The notes below the pieces were generated by a model. The model was not told where the DNA came from. It searched no databases and worked only from the letters and a program-made list of their open reading frames with translations. Position numbers and translations under genes: made by a program. From a virus (lineage: Duplodnaviria; Caudoviricetes), in IMG/VR virus record IMGVR_UViG_3300044606_000119, positions 1-36,297 of that record: a stretch of 36,297 bases of DNA. One strand, given 5' to 3'. Shown here in pieces: positions 15,801 through 22,893 of the stretch; position 1 is the first letter of the stretch, and each line of letters starts with the position of its first letter.

Positions 15801-18800
15801 TGGTCAGTTCTGCTTTTACGCCCAGCGCCTGCAGGTGTTTGAGCGCTTCGCGGTTGAGCGGCAGGTTGTTGAGCTTCTTGATCTGCTGAAATGTCGCTGC
15901 GTTCATTGCGTATCCTCCCGAGCGCCGGAAGTGCATCGAGCACATCCTCATAGCGCTCCTTGATTACAGTATCGCCTGATGCCGGCACCTTGTCAATCAC
16001 CAGAATGCGGTTATCATAGGTAGTGCCGTACTTTTCATATCCCTTGCCGGAGAGCTCGATGATCGCGCGGAACGCATACTGTTTCTCGATCGTCGCAAAC
16101 CAGTCCCGCACCGCCCGGCTGTCACCGAGCTTCCACTTGCCGATCAGCGCCACCAGACGGCCCCCCGGCTCCAGCCGCTGCAACGCCTGATCGAGATGCT
16201 TGATCACATTGGCGCTGTCCCGCTGGCCCGGCACGCGGCCGGCCGTAGCAGAGAAGGGCGGATTCATCAGCACCACGGTCGGCTTGACTTCGGGCGGCAG
16301 GATATTGTGCAGCTGCTCGGCGTTTTCCGTAAAGACCGCAGCATAGCCCTGATCTTTGAGCAGCGCGGCGCGGCGCGGCGAAAGCTCGTTCACATAGACC
16401 TTGTCAACGTCAGCGCTTTTCGCCCACGACGCAAGGCCGCCGACACCGGCGGAGGGTTCCAGCACGGTATCGGAGCGGTTCAGATTCGCCGTCCATGCCA
16501 TTGCATACGCAAGGTCTGGCGGCGTGCTGAACTGCTGAAACTCATCCGTCTCGGCAGTGCGCAGACCGGACTGAGACGGAATCTTCTCCAGAATGACGCT
16601 GCGGATACGGCTTACATGGTATGCCGCTTCGGTAGCCAGATCGGTCGTAACGGCCGCGCGCGGCTGCTCAGCAATGAACTGGTTAATGCCAAGCTCAAGC
16701 GCATCAAACGCATCCTTCGGCGTATATTTGCCTTCGGACTTGCGGCCGCCGTATGCCTCGTTGGCAACGTCCCAGAGCTCTTTCTTGGTGAACGTCTGTC
16801 CCGTGGTCAGCTGGCGCTGCACCCAGTCAGCAATCATCATCGACGGATCGCCCTTGATCTGCTCAGGCTCCGCCGGAGCGGGTTGCTGCTTTTCACCTTC
16901 GGCGATCACTGGCTTTTCGGGTTCGGCTGCCGGACGTTCGGCAGCTTCATAGTACGGGTTATTGTAAGCATTCAATGTTTTGACCGATCCGGAGCTGTCC
17001 CTGATCGTAGCCATGCCATTACGATCCGGATTGATTACCTCATAAACCGTCCCGTCATACACATCGCGCACATAATCGCCCCGCCGGAAGGTGTGCAGGT
17101 TTACACCTATCGGTTCTGGCGCTTCGATCCGAGGGGATGCGTCTGGTGTTACTTCTTGTTGTTCAGGAACGGATGGAAGTTCGGACTTTCGGCCGCTGCG
17201 TGAAGCGCTTCGATTGTTCTTTGGTGAAAGGATTTTTTCGGTGCGGGCTCTGATTTCGTCTGCTGCTGCGGCAAGGTGCTTGCTGGTGATTGGGTCTGTT
17301 CGCTCATAATGACCTCCTTCGTTTTTAGTATACTCCGTATGCATGAGCAAGTCAAACAATGCCTGATCCGCAATGGTGAAATTGCCGCCGCTGCCCGAGA
17401 ACACCAGACGCGGCGAGCTGCCATCAGCATTGTTGTCGCGCAGGAGGAATTCCACATTCGGGTTATCCCGGTACCGGCGGAACATTTCAATAAACGTTGG
17501 CAATGATCGGTTCGCACCCTTGATGGTTGCCTCTTCAGGCACCGGTCGCACATGCTTGCCATCGCGTTTGTAGAGCTCGTCGCGTATGCCGATACGTACC
17601 CGTGCAGTGACAGGATCAACATACATCATCGACAGATTAACCTTGCCGCCTTTGCTCAACACCTTTTCGACCATGCCGTTCAGCAGCGCAAAGTTTGTCC
17701 CCTGCGAATCGTATATGACATGCTTGTCCGTGTCCAGTGCTTTCTGCAACAGTTCCTTGGCATACGCTGATGATTCCTCGTGTGCCTCATTGGTCGGCTC
17801 CAGACGCATGCGTTCCTTGTAATGATCGGAATTCACCTCGACAAACTGGCTCCGCACTGCCGGGTCCAATGCCTCCAATAACGAGCCCTTGCCCGAGCCG
17901 CCCACGCCGAGCGTTGCGATCAGTTCCTGCGGAGTTTCAGCGGTCGCGGTCGGCCGACCGTGAAAATAGTAGGCATCTACCTCCGGCTTGGTCAGCTGTG
18001 CGTTTTTATCCTTGCGGAGCTTTGCGAGCGCCGACCGGTAAAACGGTTCATAATCAACCGTTTCCAGAGGCGCTTGCGGCTTCTCTGCCACGGCAGGCTT
18101 TCCGGGTAGTAGCGTCTGTTCACCCATGGGTTGCGGCGCAGCGGCCGCCGAGGCCTGCGGGCCCGGTTCCGCAGCCGCCGCTTCCGGAGCGGCCTGCTGC
18201 TGAGCGCGCAGGCCGGCCTGATACTGTTGTTTTGCCTGCTCGCCTTCAGCCAGAATAGCGTCCATTTCCCTCGTTGCCGCATCCGCAAACGGATCGAAGT
18301 CCACCGGCTTCAGCGTGACCGGTTTTTCCCCTGCCTGCGGTATGGGTTCGGTCGAAACAGGCGCTTCCTGAGCCTCTGGCGAAGCCGGTTTTTTCGGTAT
18401 CGTCTGTTCACCCATGGGTTGCGGCGCAGCGGCCGCCGAGGCCTGCGGGCCCGGTTCCGCAGCCGTCGCTTCCGGAGCGGCCTGCTCACCCGTGGCGCGC
18501 CGCCGGATCGCCTCCTGCTTGAAGGCAAGGGACATTTTCGCCAGATCAGCCTCTGAGAATCCCCGCTTCAGCATCGCATCGTAATTGGCGGCGAGCTCAT
18601 CAGGCGTAAGCGGCACCAGACCGCGTTCGTTGATCGTAGCCTTCCGGTACCACGTCGAATCCCTCACCGCCTGCATGCCGGCCTGCACCGGCCGCTTGGC
18701 AAACGGCGCACCGACCGCCGCCACCAGCGCAGCTCCCTCGATCGCCGCTTGCATCTGCGGATCGCGCGTCAATTTCTTTGCGCCATCTGCGACAACGGTC

Positions 18801-19333
18801 GCATAGACGGTAAACGGAAACGCCAGCAGTCCCTCGACAGTCTGGCCGTGAAACGTCTCGGCATGCGGTATGCTCTCTGCCCAGAACTGCTTGAGCGCGG
18901 CAGTCGAACCTGCCCAGTCCACCTCGCCGCGCGTCAGCTTCTGGCGCAGCACATCACCGATCCAGCCGGCCGCTCCCGCCGGAATCGCCACCGTTGCACC
19001 GACCAGACCGGCCATCGTCTCGCTGACCGGGTCGTGGGGCAGCTCCTCGCGCTGTCCGCTGGGCAGCGTGGTGGCATCGCCCTGATCGATCAGCTGATCA
19101 CCCTCCAGATACCGGGGCTTGGGTTTGACGTGCGGATTGACTTTTTCGAGCTGGATGCCAGCCTTGTCGAGCACCGATGGCGCGTAGTCAGTCGCAAAGG
19201 CCGCCGCTTCCGGCGGCAGCGCATCGGGATCATTGACCGGCGCAAACGGGTCGTAGTCTACCGGTCTCAGCGTCGGGGCAGCGGCGGCCGGATGAGCAAA
19301 CGGGTCGATGTCTACCGGTACCAGACGCGCCAT
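9839..19333 (-). CDS. Giant polyvalent internal virion protein (~3164 aa): Zeta-like P-loop kinase, N6-adenine MTase, Strawberry-notch SF2 helicase; DarB-like
   Basis: GVGGSGKG/NSDHYK/HEESS (Zeta-like); EPSAGVG and NPPF (MTase); GDGTGVGKG, DEAH, QGFGRTHR (Sno helicase). Located after the ejection proteins. Start MARLVPVD at 19333 follows the upstream stop at 19335. Confidence 0.9.
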   Translation of the reverse strand: MARLVPVDIDPFAHPAAAAPTLRPVDYDPFAPVNDPDALPPEAAAFATDYAPSVLDKAGIQLEKVNPHVKPKPRYLEGDQLIDQGDATTLPSGQREELPHDPVSETMAGLVGATVAIPAGAAGWIGDVLRQKLTRGEVDWAGSTAALKQFWAESIPHAETFHGQTVEGLLAFPFTVYATVVADGAKKLTRDPQMQAAIEGAALVAAVGAPFAKRPVQAGMQAVRDSTWYRKATINERGLVPLTPDELAANYDAMLKRGFSEADLAKMSLAFKQEAIRRRATGEQAAPEATAAEPGPQASAAAAPQPMGEQTIPKKPASPEAQEAPVSTEPIPQAGEKPVTLKPVDFDPFADAATREMDAILAEGEQAKQQYQAGLRAQQQAAPEAAAAEPGPQASAAAAPQPMGEQTLLPGKPAVAEKPQAPLETVDYEPFYRSALAKLRKDKNAQLTKPEVDAYYFHGRPTATAETPQELIATLGVGGSGKGSLLEALDPAVRSQFVEVNSDHYKERMRLEPTNEAHEESSAYAKELLQKALDTDKHVIYDSQGTNFALLNGMVEKVLSKGGKVNLSMMYVDPVTARVRIGIRDELYKRDGKHVRPVPEEATIKGANRSLPTFIEMFRRYRDNPNVEFLLRDNNADGSSPRLVFSGSGGNFTIADQALFDLLMHTEYTKNEGGHYERTDPITSKHLAAAADEIRARTEKILSPKNNRSASRSGRKSELPSVPEQQEVTPDASPRIEAPEPIGVNLHTFRRGDYVRDVYDGTVYEVINPDRNGMATIRDSSGSVKTLNAYNNPYYEAAERPAAEPEKPVIAEGEKQQPAPAEPEQIKGDPSMMIADWVQRQLTTGQTFTKKELWDVANEAYGGRKSEGKYTPKDAFDALELGINQFIAEQPRAAVTTDLATEAAYHVSRIRSVILEKIPSQSGLRTAETDEFQQFSTPPDLAYAMAWTANLNRSDTVLEPSAGVGGLASWAKSADVDKVYVNELSPRRAALLKDQGYAAVFTENAEQLHNILPPEVKPTVVLMNPPFSATAGRVPGQRDSANVIKHLDQALQRLEPGGRLVALIGKWKLGDSRAVRDWFATIEKQYAFRAIIELSGKGYEKYGTTYDNRILVIDKVPASGDTVIKERYEDVLDALPALGRIRNERSDISADQEAQQPAAQPRSAQTPAGAGRKSRTDQPVRAAADSVESGADGLRTVLPVSAADDGGLPVRAAAGGGSAGGAGLPADGAAGGTQRRRSGRGGGRSPQAQPAGSGEPVDRTAARSDVDRPPADGLPGDAAGGLEPEPGITVEIAAGHPKAAAGELTDAIFETYRPAKVRIPGAKTHPGKLVQSAAMASVEPPTPAYIPTLSRKLIERGAFSDAQLEAIVYAGQAHQQTLPDGTRKGYFIGDGTGVGKGREISGIILDNFNQGRKKAVWVSERQALVMDAVRDWKDIGGDPEKLVPQAKTKAGMDIAATDGIIFTTYKLISTGSEANNTGSALAQKKGAKQSRLEQLIQWLGDDFDGVLVFDEAHNMQNAISMRGKRGSTKPSLQALAGMELQRRVPNARVVYVSATGATEVRNLAYADRLGLWGEGTAFANKRDFIDKIASGGLAAMEVVARDMKAMGVYDARSLSYDDVTYGRLEHALTPEQRAIYDTLAEAWQIVLQNIHEALQVTNQGSNSKAKSAALAQFWGAHQRFFNQIITSMQMPSVLSDIQRNLDAGHAVVLQLVNTNEATQKRQHAKVKDEDGDLEDLDLTPREALMQYLEHAFPTQVYQEVMGPDGEVRFVPAEDSNGNPVQSAEAIAMRERLLDQLGSLKVPDGPLEYILGYFGSEQVAEVTGRTQRIVRVTDESGKTKTVVERRSAHVAGKEAAEFQQDKRRILVFSDAGSTGRSFHADNTVQNRRKRIHYLIQPGWRADKAVQGFGRTHRTNQAQAPHYVLVTTDLQGQRRFLSSIARRLNQLGAMTRGQRDAGAQGLFSEKDNLESVYANDAIEQFIRDLHNHAIAGLDLASTMRMMGLDGMIDRNGNLNSTKLPDVPQFLNRLLSLQIDVQNHVFNEFYERLEKNVELAIATGELDIGMENLKADAVSIVEEKPVYTQPETGAVTSYVQLEVKHKNKLVSFTDAANMVKFRGFYRNRKSGRIWAVRDYGSRTDEYGLVTGEVKLVGPEKGREQVMPDYRLEQDGWEPVALHDAEALWEKASADVPQYRSERVHLIIGALLPIWDRLSAGRTRVVRVQTDDGRRLIGREIPNRVIDETLRRLGANRTKEAVSPDNAIRMILDDGATIMLANGWKVRRARVAGERRVELIASESLYPYAAELQRAGLFSERVQYETRWFVPAGDEAPAVFERLTKHRPVTDVMMPERSRGGSSVVTLDFMGMSQLYDAAVRLLRSINPKAAANVAVQNRPHDLGFVKSLLASPGRIEGPARYYVVHGKNAVLKQDRLRALAHDKLKEIFGPIRRRELMEELTALAFEGDALGKEFSPAELQQMGVSAPVQQAYGTWRTFHNQVWRMLSAHRKAYGGAMGKREGHVPHLFENWNVYEVDAQGNNAGIAGTFRSLREAVSFANALNPAQQYRIQPKTFRLPDEVIQRTILKDASYFKLVEKVENAFTLNRDQAFDLVNDVARRKSRRRMFGPAMKRSGQSGFVRDDLHDILKHYYDSTARYLALDDFKARVVPKFEKDFGVELGRGDQALRDRNIARYVQEYINDLNGAPGMVEDLIDASMKRYLGAFVRTERPTIWTVNKLLHLTGVMKLGLFNLSAGVVNLTQLVNTFAKLPAEHFAWALQRAMHLTDADRAVLRRIGVPYDLGLGDTGGYSMAHKGGMAVQASMVFFQAAERANRVVTALAAYRYARTGLGYAERQARQYARRMVDETQFNYSVADTARIFRNPAGRLLGQFKPYAIKQIEAIMGLKGAEHIKFWVPVLLIAGVMGIPLVEGLAEFIEWLTGKDPLLEVKGSLMQWAGADGARKRVAEIVLYGVGSQVGVDISKRTGTGDILPKRPSDLLGPTIGTVLQAKKVLEKGADRTELVRSLTPSVGNILTAIETALNNMDVADPLRRERMKYHATMSDVIAKGTGFRPLQEAKLADVEQVRQYYTRQYQDKTKQAVDGIIDALMQGDPDRLATSIAKAADNGVVIDSQMIERELINKVVPQDIRMIMQTPTMVRPQYLDIMDFAR
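15487..15906 (-). CDS. Nested +1-frame gene (139 aa, helical, acidic) inside the giant protein gene
   Basis: GGGAGG SD 7 nt before the ATG; strongly GC3-biased codons (CTG, CAG, GAG); the giant's frame here is an A/G/R/P-rich linker. Confidence 0.8.
   Translation of the reverse strand: MNAATFQQIKKLNNLPLNREALKHLQALGVKAELTSLYVLQLIQWNLERTDYEPYFRYQRRMMEDFLYVLQQEEDQQAVLDYLLMGPPEERSGDGPDVVAGDLRKRSPQEAASLLTEQLHAVMSIDRLLTDYREMQLEG
17149..17307 (-). CDS. Nested +1-frame small gene (52 aa) directly after the Zeta-like domain
   Basis: AAGGAGGT SD 4 nt before the ATG; MSEQTQSP...KKSFHQRTIEALHAAAESPNFHPFLNNKK. Confidence 0.6.
   Translation of the reverse strand: MSEQTQSPASTLPQQQTKSEPAPKKSFHQRTIEALHAAAESPNFHPFLNNKK
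18113..18486. repeat. 86-bp direct repeat (18113-18198 and 18401-18486) in the giant gene
   Basis: One mismatch; 288 bp apart; encodes QAAPEAxAAEPGPQASAAAAPQPMGEQT twice. Confidence 0.9.
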
Positions 19334-19334
19334 A

Positions 19335-20429
19335 TCACTGCACCACCTGCGACCACCCGCTCCTGCTCCTGGGGTCGCGCACATACCATTTGCCATCGGG
19401 TGCCTTCTGCGCGCCGGGCACCGGCGGGAGCTCCACCGGGGGGGTCTGCCGCGGCACAACCGGCGCAGCAGGCGCAACCGCCGATGCGCCCTGCTTTTCC
19501 TGCAGCTTGTTTTTCGTAAACTGCTTGATACCGTAGGGGTCATTCATGTCGGACTTCTGGCTCTTCCACTGTTCCAGCGTCAGCTCCGGCTGGCCTGTTT
19601 TGCGCCGGTCGGCATTGATCTGGTCGAGTTCTTTCATGTCCGGCGTGCGGCTTTCTTCTTTCGGTCCTGCAGACGGACGCGAAGCGTTCGCGATGCGTAC
19701 CTTGCGCGTCTCCCACTCGGAGCTGATCTCCGCATCCGACATGCCATTGGCTTTCATTGCCTTGTAAAAGAGCGCAAAATCGCTCGACGGTTCAGTGCCT
19801 TTTTGCCAGGCGAGATAATCCTTGAGCGTCATAGCACCTTCCGGGGCCGGCATAAAGGTCGGTTTGCCCTGATCGTCCACCCCGCTTTGCATGAAGAGCT
19901 TGCCGTTCTGGAAATACCCCTGTTTGGTCACCCACCTGCCGTCAGCGTCCTGCTGCACAACGGCCTCAAACGACAGCGCCCCGTTGCCTTTGGCAAAGCC
20001 GCTCAGCGGCGGCAGGCCGGCCTGCACGAGCAGCGGATTGATCCGCTCGATAACCGCCTGACCGCGCTCCCGGTCGGGCAGGGGATTGCCGTTCTGATCG
20101 ACGAGGCTGTCCCAGAGGGCGTTTGCATTGGCAAGGCTTTCCTTCATCGTCTCCTGCTGGAATTTCAGCGCCTCGCGCTTGTCCTTCGCGGCTTCGATCT
20201 CCGCCTTTTTCTGCAGATACGTGTTGATCTGCGCCTGCATGTCATCGTCCCACTGCTCGCTCTTTGCCATGTCAGCGCCCATCATGGCATAGATAAACGG
20301 CTGGGCATAGCCGGCATTTTCAGCGACCTTGCTTGAGATCAGGAGCTTCCGGTCATACGGATTCGACCGGCCGCCATACAGAGACGCAAGCCCCGCGCCG
20401 GGTACTCTTGGTGTTGCGATATCGCTCAT
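19335..20429 (-). CDS. Internal virion / DNA ejection protein (putative)
   Basis: Position between the pilot protein and the giant protein; helical, charged; C-terminal GAQKAPDGKWYV motif. Confidence 0.7.
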   Translation of the reverse strand: MSDIATPRVPGAGLASLYGGRSNPYDRKLLISSKVAENAGYAQPFIYAMMGADMAKSEQWDDDMQAQINTYLQKKAEIEAAKDKREALKFQQETMKESLANANALWDSLVDQNGNPLPDRERGQAVIERINPLLVQAGLPPLSGFAKGNGALSFEAVVQQDADGRWVTKQGYFQNGKLFMQSGVDDQGKPTFMPAPEGAMTLKDYLAWQKGTEPSSDFALFYKAMKANGMSDAEISSEWETRKVRIANASRPSAGPKEESRTPDMKELDQINADRRKTGQPELTLEQWKSQKSDMNDPYGIKQFTKNKLQEKQGASAVAPAAPVVPRQTPPVELPPVPGAQKAPDGKWYVRDPRSRSGWSQVVQ

Positions 20430-20440
20430 TGCAGACCCCC

Positions 20441-21307
20441 TTATGCGTTATAGACATCAAAGGCCAGCGTGCTCTTGCCCGATGCACCCGGCAGCATGGA
20501 TTGATCGCGCTTGTTGCCAAGGTAACCATACATATACGCCAGCCCCGAAGCAGTGCCCAGGAGTTTCTGGTTCTGGTCGCTTTTGATCTTCCAGCGTGCC
20601 AGCTGATCCTGACTCTGCGCATTGTACGCCCCCAGCAGCGCGGCGGACGCGCTGTTGATGCTGTTTTGAGCAATGCCGAGCTCCGCCATGCGCTGCGCTG
20701 CATCGGCGCGCGCGCCGGAGTCCAGCGCGTTCAGCGTATTGAGCCATGTCTGCTGATCCTGCTGCTCGGCGGCGCGGGCCATGAGCACGCCTTTCTGCTC
20801 CACATCGGCATCGCTTTCGAGCTTGGACTGAGCGAGTTCGGCATGAGTGTCCACATCGGCGCGGCTGCCGGTCATGCCGCGCGCCTCCATGCTCTCCTCG
20901 GTGGAGCGTTGGAGCTTCGCAAACTCTCGGTCAGTGCCTTTACGCATCGATGCGACAAAGGTGTTCTTGATCTCCTCATACGCTGCCTTGCGGTCATCGG
21001 GAGTTGCGTTCAGATTGTTGAGCATTTTGGTGCGTATCTGCGTGCGGAGCGCCATCTCCTGCCGCTCTTCAGCAGAAAGCTGGCGTGGCATGGTGATATA
21101 GGCATTGCGGACCGGGTCCCAGACCTGCGACGCACCCTGCACGAGATTGCCGTTGTGGTCATACTCGTACGAATAATAGCTGGCCGGTGTGGGCGGCGCA
21201 CCGCCGCCGCCTTTGCCTGCCTTACTGCCCTGGACAATACTGGCAGTCGTTCCGGCAGCCGAAATCGCCAATCCTGCAGCGGTCGCAATGGTTGAAAATG
21301 CAGCCAT
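20441..21307 (-). CDS. Internal virion / DNA pilot protein (putative)
   Basis: Gly/Ala-rich hydrophobic termini with a central coiled coil; follows the GNAT gene (TGATG overlap). Confidence 0.72.
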   Translation of the reverse strand: MAAFSTIATAAGLAISAAGTTASIVQGSKAGKGGGGAPPTPASYYSYEYDHNGNLVQGASQVWDPVRNAYITMPRQLSAEERQEMALRTQIRTKMLNNLNATPDDRKAAYEEIKNTFVASMRKGTDREFAKLQRSTEESMEARGMTGSRADVDTHAELAQSKLESDADVEQKGVLMARAAEQQDQQTWLNTLNALDSGARADAAQRMAELGIAQNSINSASAALLGAYNAQSQDQLARWKIKSDQNQKLLGTASGLAYMYGYLGNKRDQSMLPGASGKSTLAFDVYNA

Positions 21308-21756
21308 CAGCACACCTCCTTGGTATACGCCACTTCTGAGACACGATAGCCTCGGCGCTCGTACACGGTTTTTAAGCGGTCGGGCATCGAATCAGCCATG
21401 TGGCACAGGGTGATAAAACGGCATCCCTGCCGCGCCGCCCAGTGCTCATAGGCCGCCAGCAGCTTCAGGCCATGGCCCCGATGCCCCGGCAACATCACCC
21501 AAAACAGTTCGGTCGCTTTCGTATCGTGTGTGTGCGGATCGGGCAGGGCAATGGCCCCGAGCATGCCGCAGAGCTTACCGCCCTGATCCTCCAGCACAAA
21601 AACAACGCCGATGCCGAGCCGCATAAACTCCCGCCATGAAGCGAGCGCCCGGTCGGGAGAAAAATCGCGCAGCCATGCGGAACTGCCAAACATGGCCGGC
21701 CCCAGCTCAGGAACGAGCAGCGGCAGCTCCTGCTCCGACAGTTCGCGCACTACCAT
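21307..21756 (-). CDS. GNAT-family acetyltransferase (podovirus tail module)
   Basis: ELFWVMLPGHRGHGLKLL...YERRGY motifs. Confidence 0.85.
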   Translation of the reverse strand: MVVRELSEQELPLLVPELGPAMFGSSAWLRDFSPDRALASWREFMRLGIGVVFVLEDQGGKLCGMLGAIALPDPHTHDTKATELFWVMLPGHRGHGLKLLAAYEHWAARQGCRFITLCHMADSMPDRLKTVYERRGYRVSEVAYTKEVC

Positions 21757-22892
21757 TGCACCCTCAAATATCCGTTTGCACCATATGCCCCGACGTATGG
21801 ATACGACGCTCCGCCACCGCCGGCACAGTAACCGCCACCAATAAACGAGCCATTGAGCCCATAAGGATCGTAGGAGGTTCCGTTTGCGTTACCAACATCA
21901 TACCCCAGAGCGCCACCGCCGCCTGCGGCACTTGCCAACGATGCGAACGAGGTCGTTCCGCCACTGGCACCGCTGTTTCCGCTATAGGCACCCGGAGCGC
22001 CACCGCTTCCGATGGTGATCGCATAGGTCGTATAGGGAGTAACAGACACATAGCGCTGAATGAACTGTCCGGCACCGCCGAGCGGCGTAATCTCCGCTGA
22101 TCCCGTTGCACCGCCGCCACCGCCGCCGCACATGGTTACCACCACGCCGTAAACGCCAGCCGGTGCTACAAAGGACCCGCTCGATGTGTATTGGAGCACA
22201 CCATGAGACAAGCCTGAAAACTGCGACCCGTTATTGCTGAACTCCCACGCCTTAGCCGTATCGTTGAACCTGATTTCCGGCTTGTTGGTATCCGCATTGT
22301 TTGCGACAATGCGCTTGTTGCCGGCCGCGCCATCGCCAAAGGTGATCTTGTTGCCGGATGCCGAGAAATCCCCGGTCGTTGTGGTAGCCGTCGCACTGAA
22401 TGAGCCGCGCACCGTCCATGCCGGGTAGTCTTCAGGGTTTGAGGTTGCGGTGTTTTCCAGTATCTCGAATTTGCTTCCGCTGCTCCTGATTCCCCACTCA
22501 TTGCCGCCGACGCTCGTATCAATGAAGCGCCAGATTTTTGCCGCGCCCTTGAGCTTCTGGTCAACGGTAAAGACATTGGTGCCGCTTGCATAGAGCATGC
22601 CGAGGTTGTTCAGGTCGAGATCGCCGATATCGATCCAGGTCGTATTGCCGCCGTTGCGCATCTTGAGCTTGTTGGCCGTCGTGTCCGCCCAGAACATATA
22701 CGGGTAGGGATTGCTGGGAGCCGTCGATCCGCTGGAGTTGGTCGCAAGCGCCTGCAGCGCCGCATTGACCGCCTGCCGGAAGGTCAGGCCGGTATTGGCA
22801 TCGGCGGTCGTGATGTCGAAGTCATGCTGTCCCGCCGCCGCCGGCAGGCAGCACAGAAGGATCAGCAGCACTACGCATAGTATTGATCGCAT
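21750..22892 (-). CDS. Tail-fibre-like protein with Gly-rich C-terminus and N-terminal signal peptide
   Basis: GGGAGG SD; MRSILCVVLLILLCCLPAAA|G followed by QHDF...ALATNSSGSTAP...MFWADT fibre-type N-domain; YTSSGSFVAP...GGGGGG domain. Confidence 0.75.
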   Translation of the reverse strand: MRSILCVVLLILLCCLPAAAGQHDFDITTADANTGLTFRQAVNAALQALATNSSGSTAPSNPYPYMFWADTTANKLKMRNGGNTTWIDIGDLDLNNLGMLYASGTNVFTVDQKLKGAAKIWRFIDTSVGGNEWGIRSSGSKFEILENTATSNPEDYPAWTVRGSFSATATTTTGDFSASGNKITFGDGAAGNKRIVANNADTNKPEIRFNDTAKAWEFSNNGSQFSGLSHGVLQYTSSGSFVAPAGVYGVVVTMCGGGGGGATGSAEITPLGGAGQFIQRYVSVTPYTTYAITIGSGGAPGAYSGNSGASGGTTSFASLASAAGGGGALGYDVGNANGTSYDPYGLNGSFIGGGYCAGGGGASYPYVGAYGANGYLRVQW

Positions 22893-22893
22893 G

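Noticed and set aside
17920-17990. Further nested genes in the giant (GGAGG-tag-ATG near 17976; ORFs 17992..18288, 18310..18528, 12739..13128)
   Set aside because: Poor SD spacing with only ~18 codons, or no SD and Arg-rich shadow composition.
19334-19543. Extra 70 N-terminal residues of the 3234-aa ORF
   Set aside because: Overlaps the upstream gene out of frame with Arg-rich shadow sequence; the coupled ATG at 19333 is the better start.
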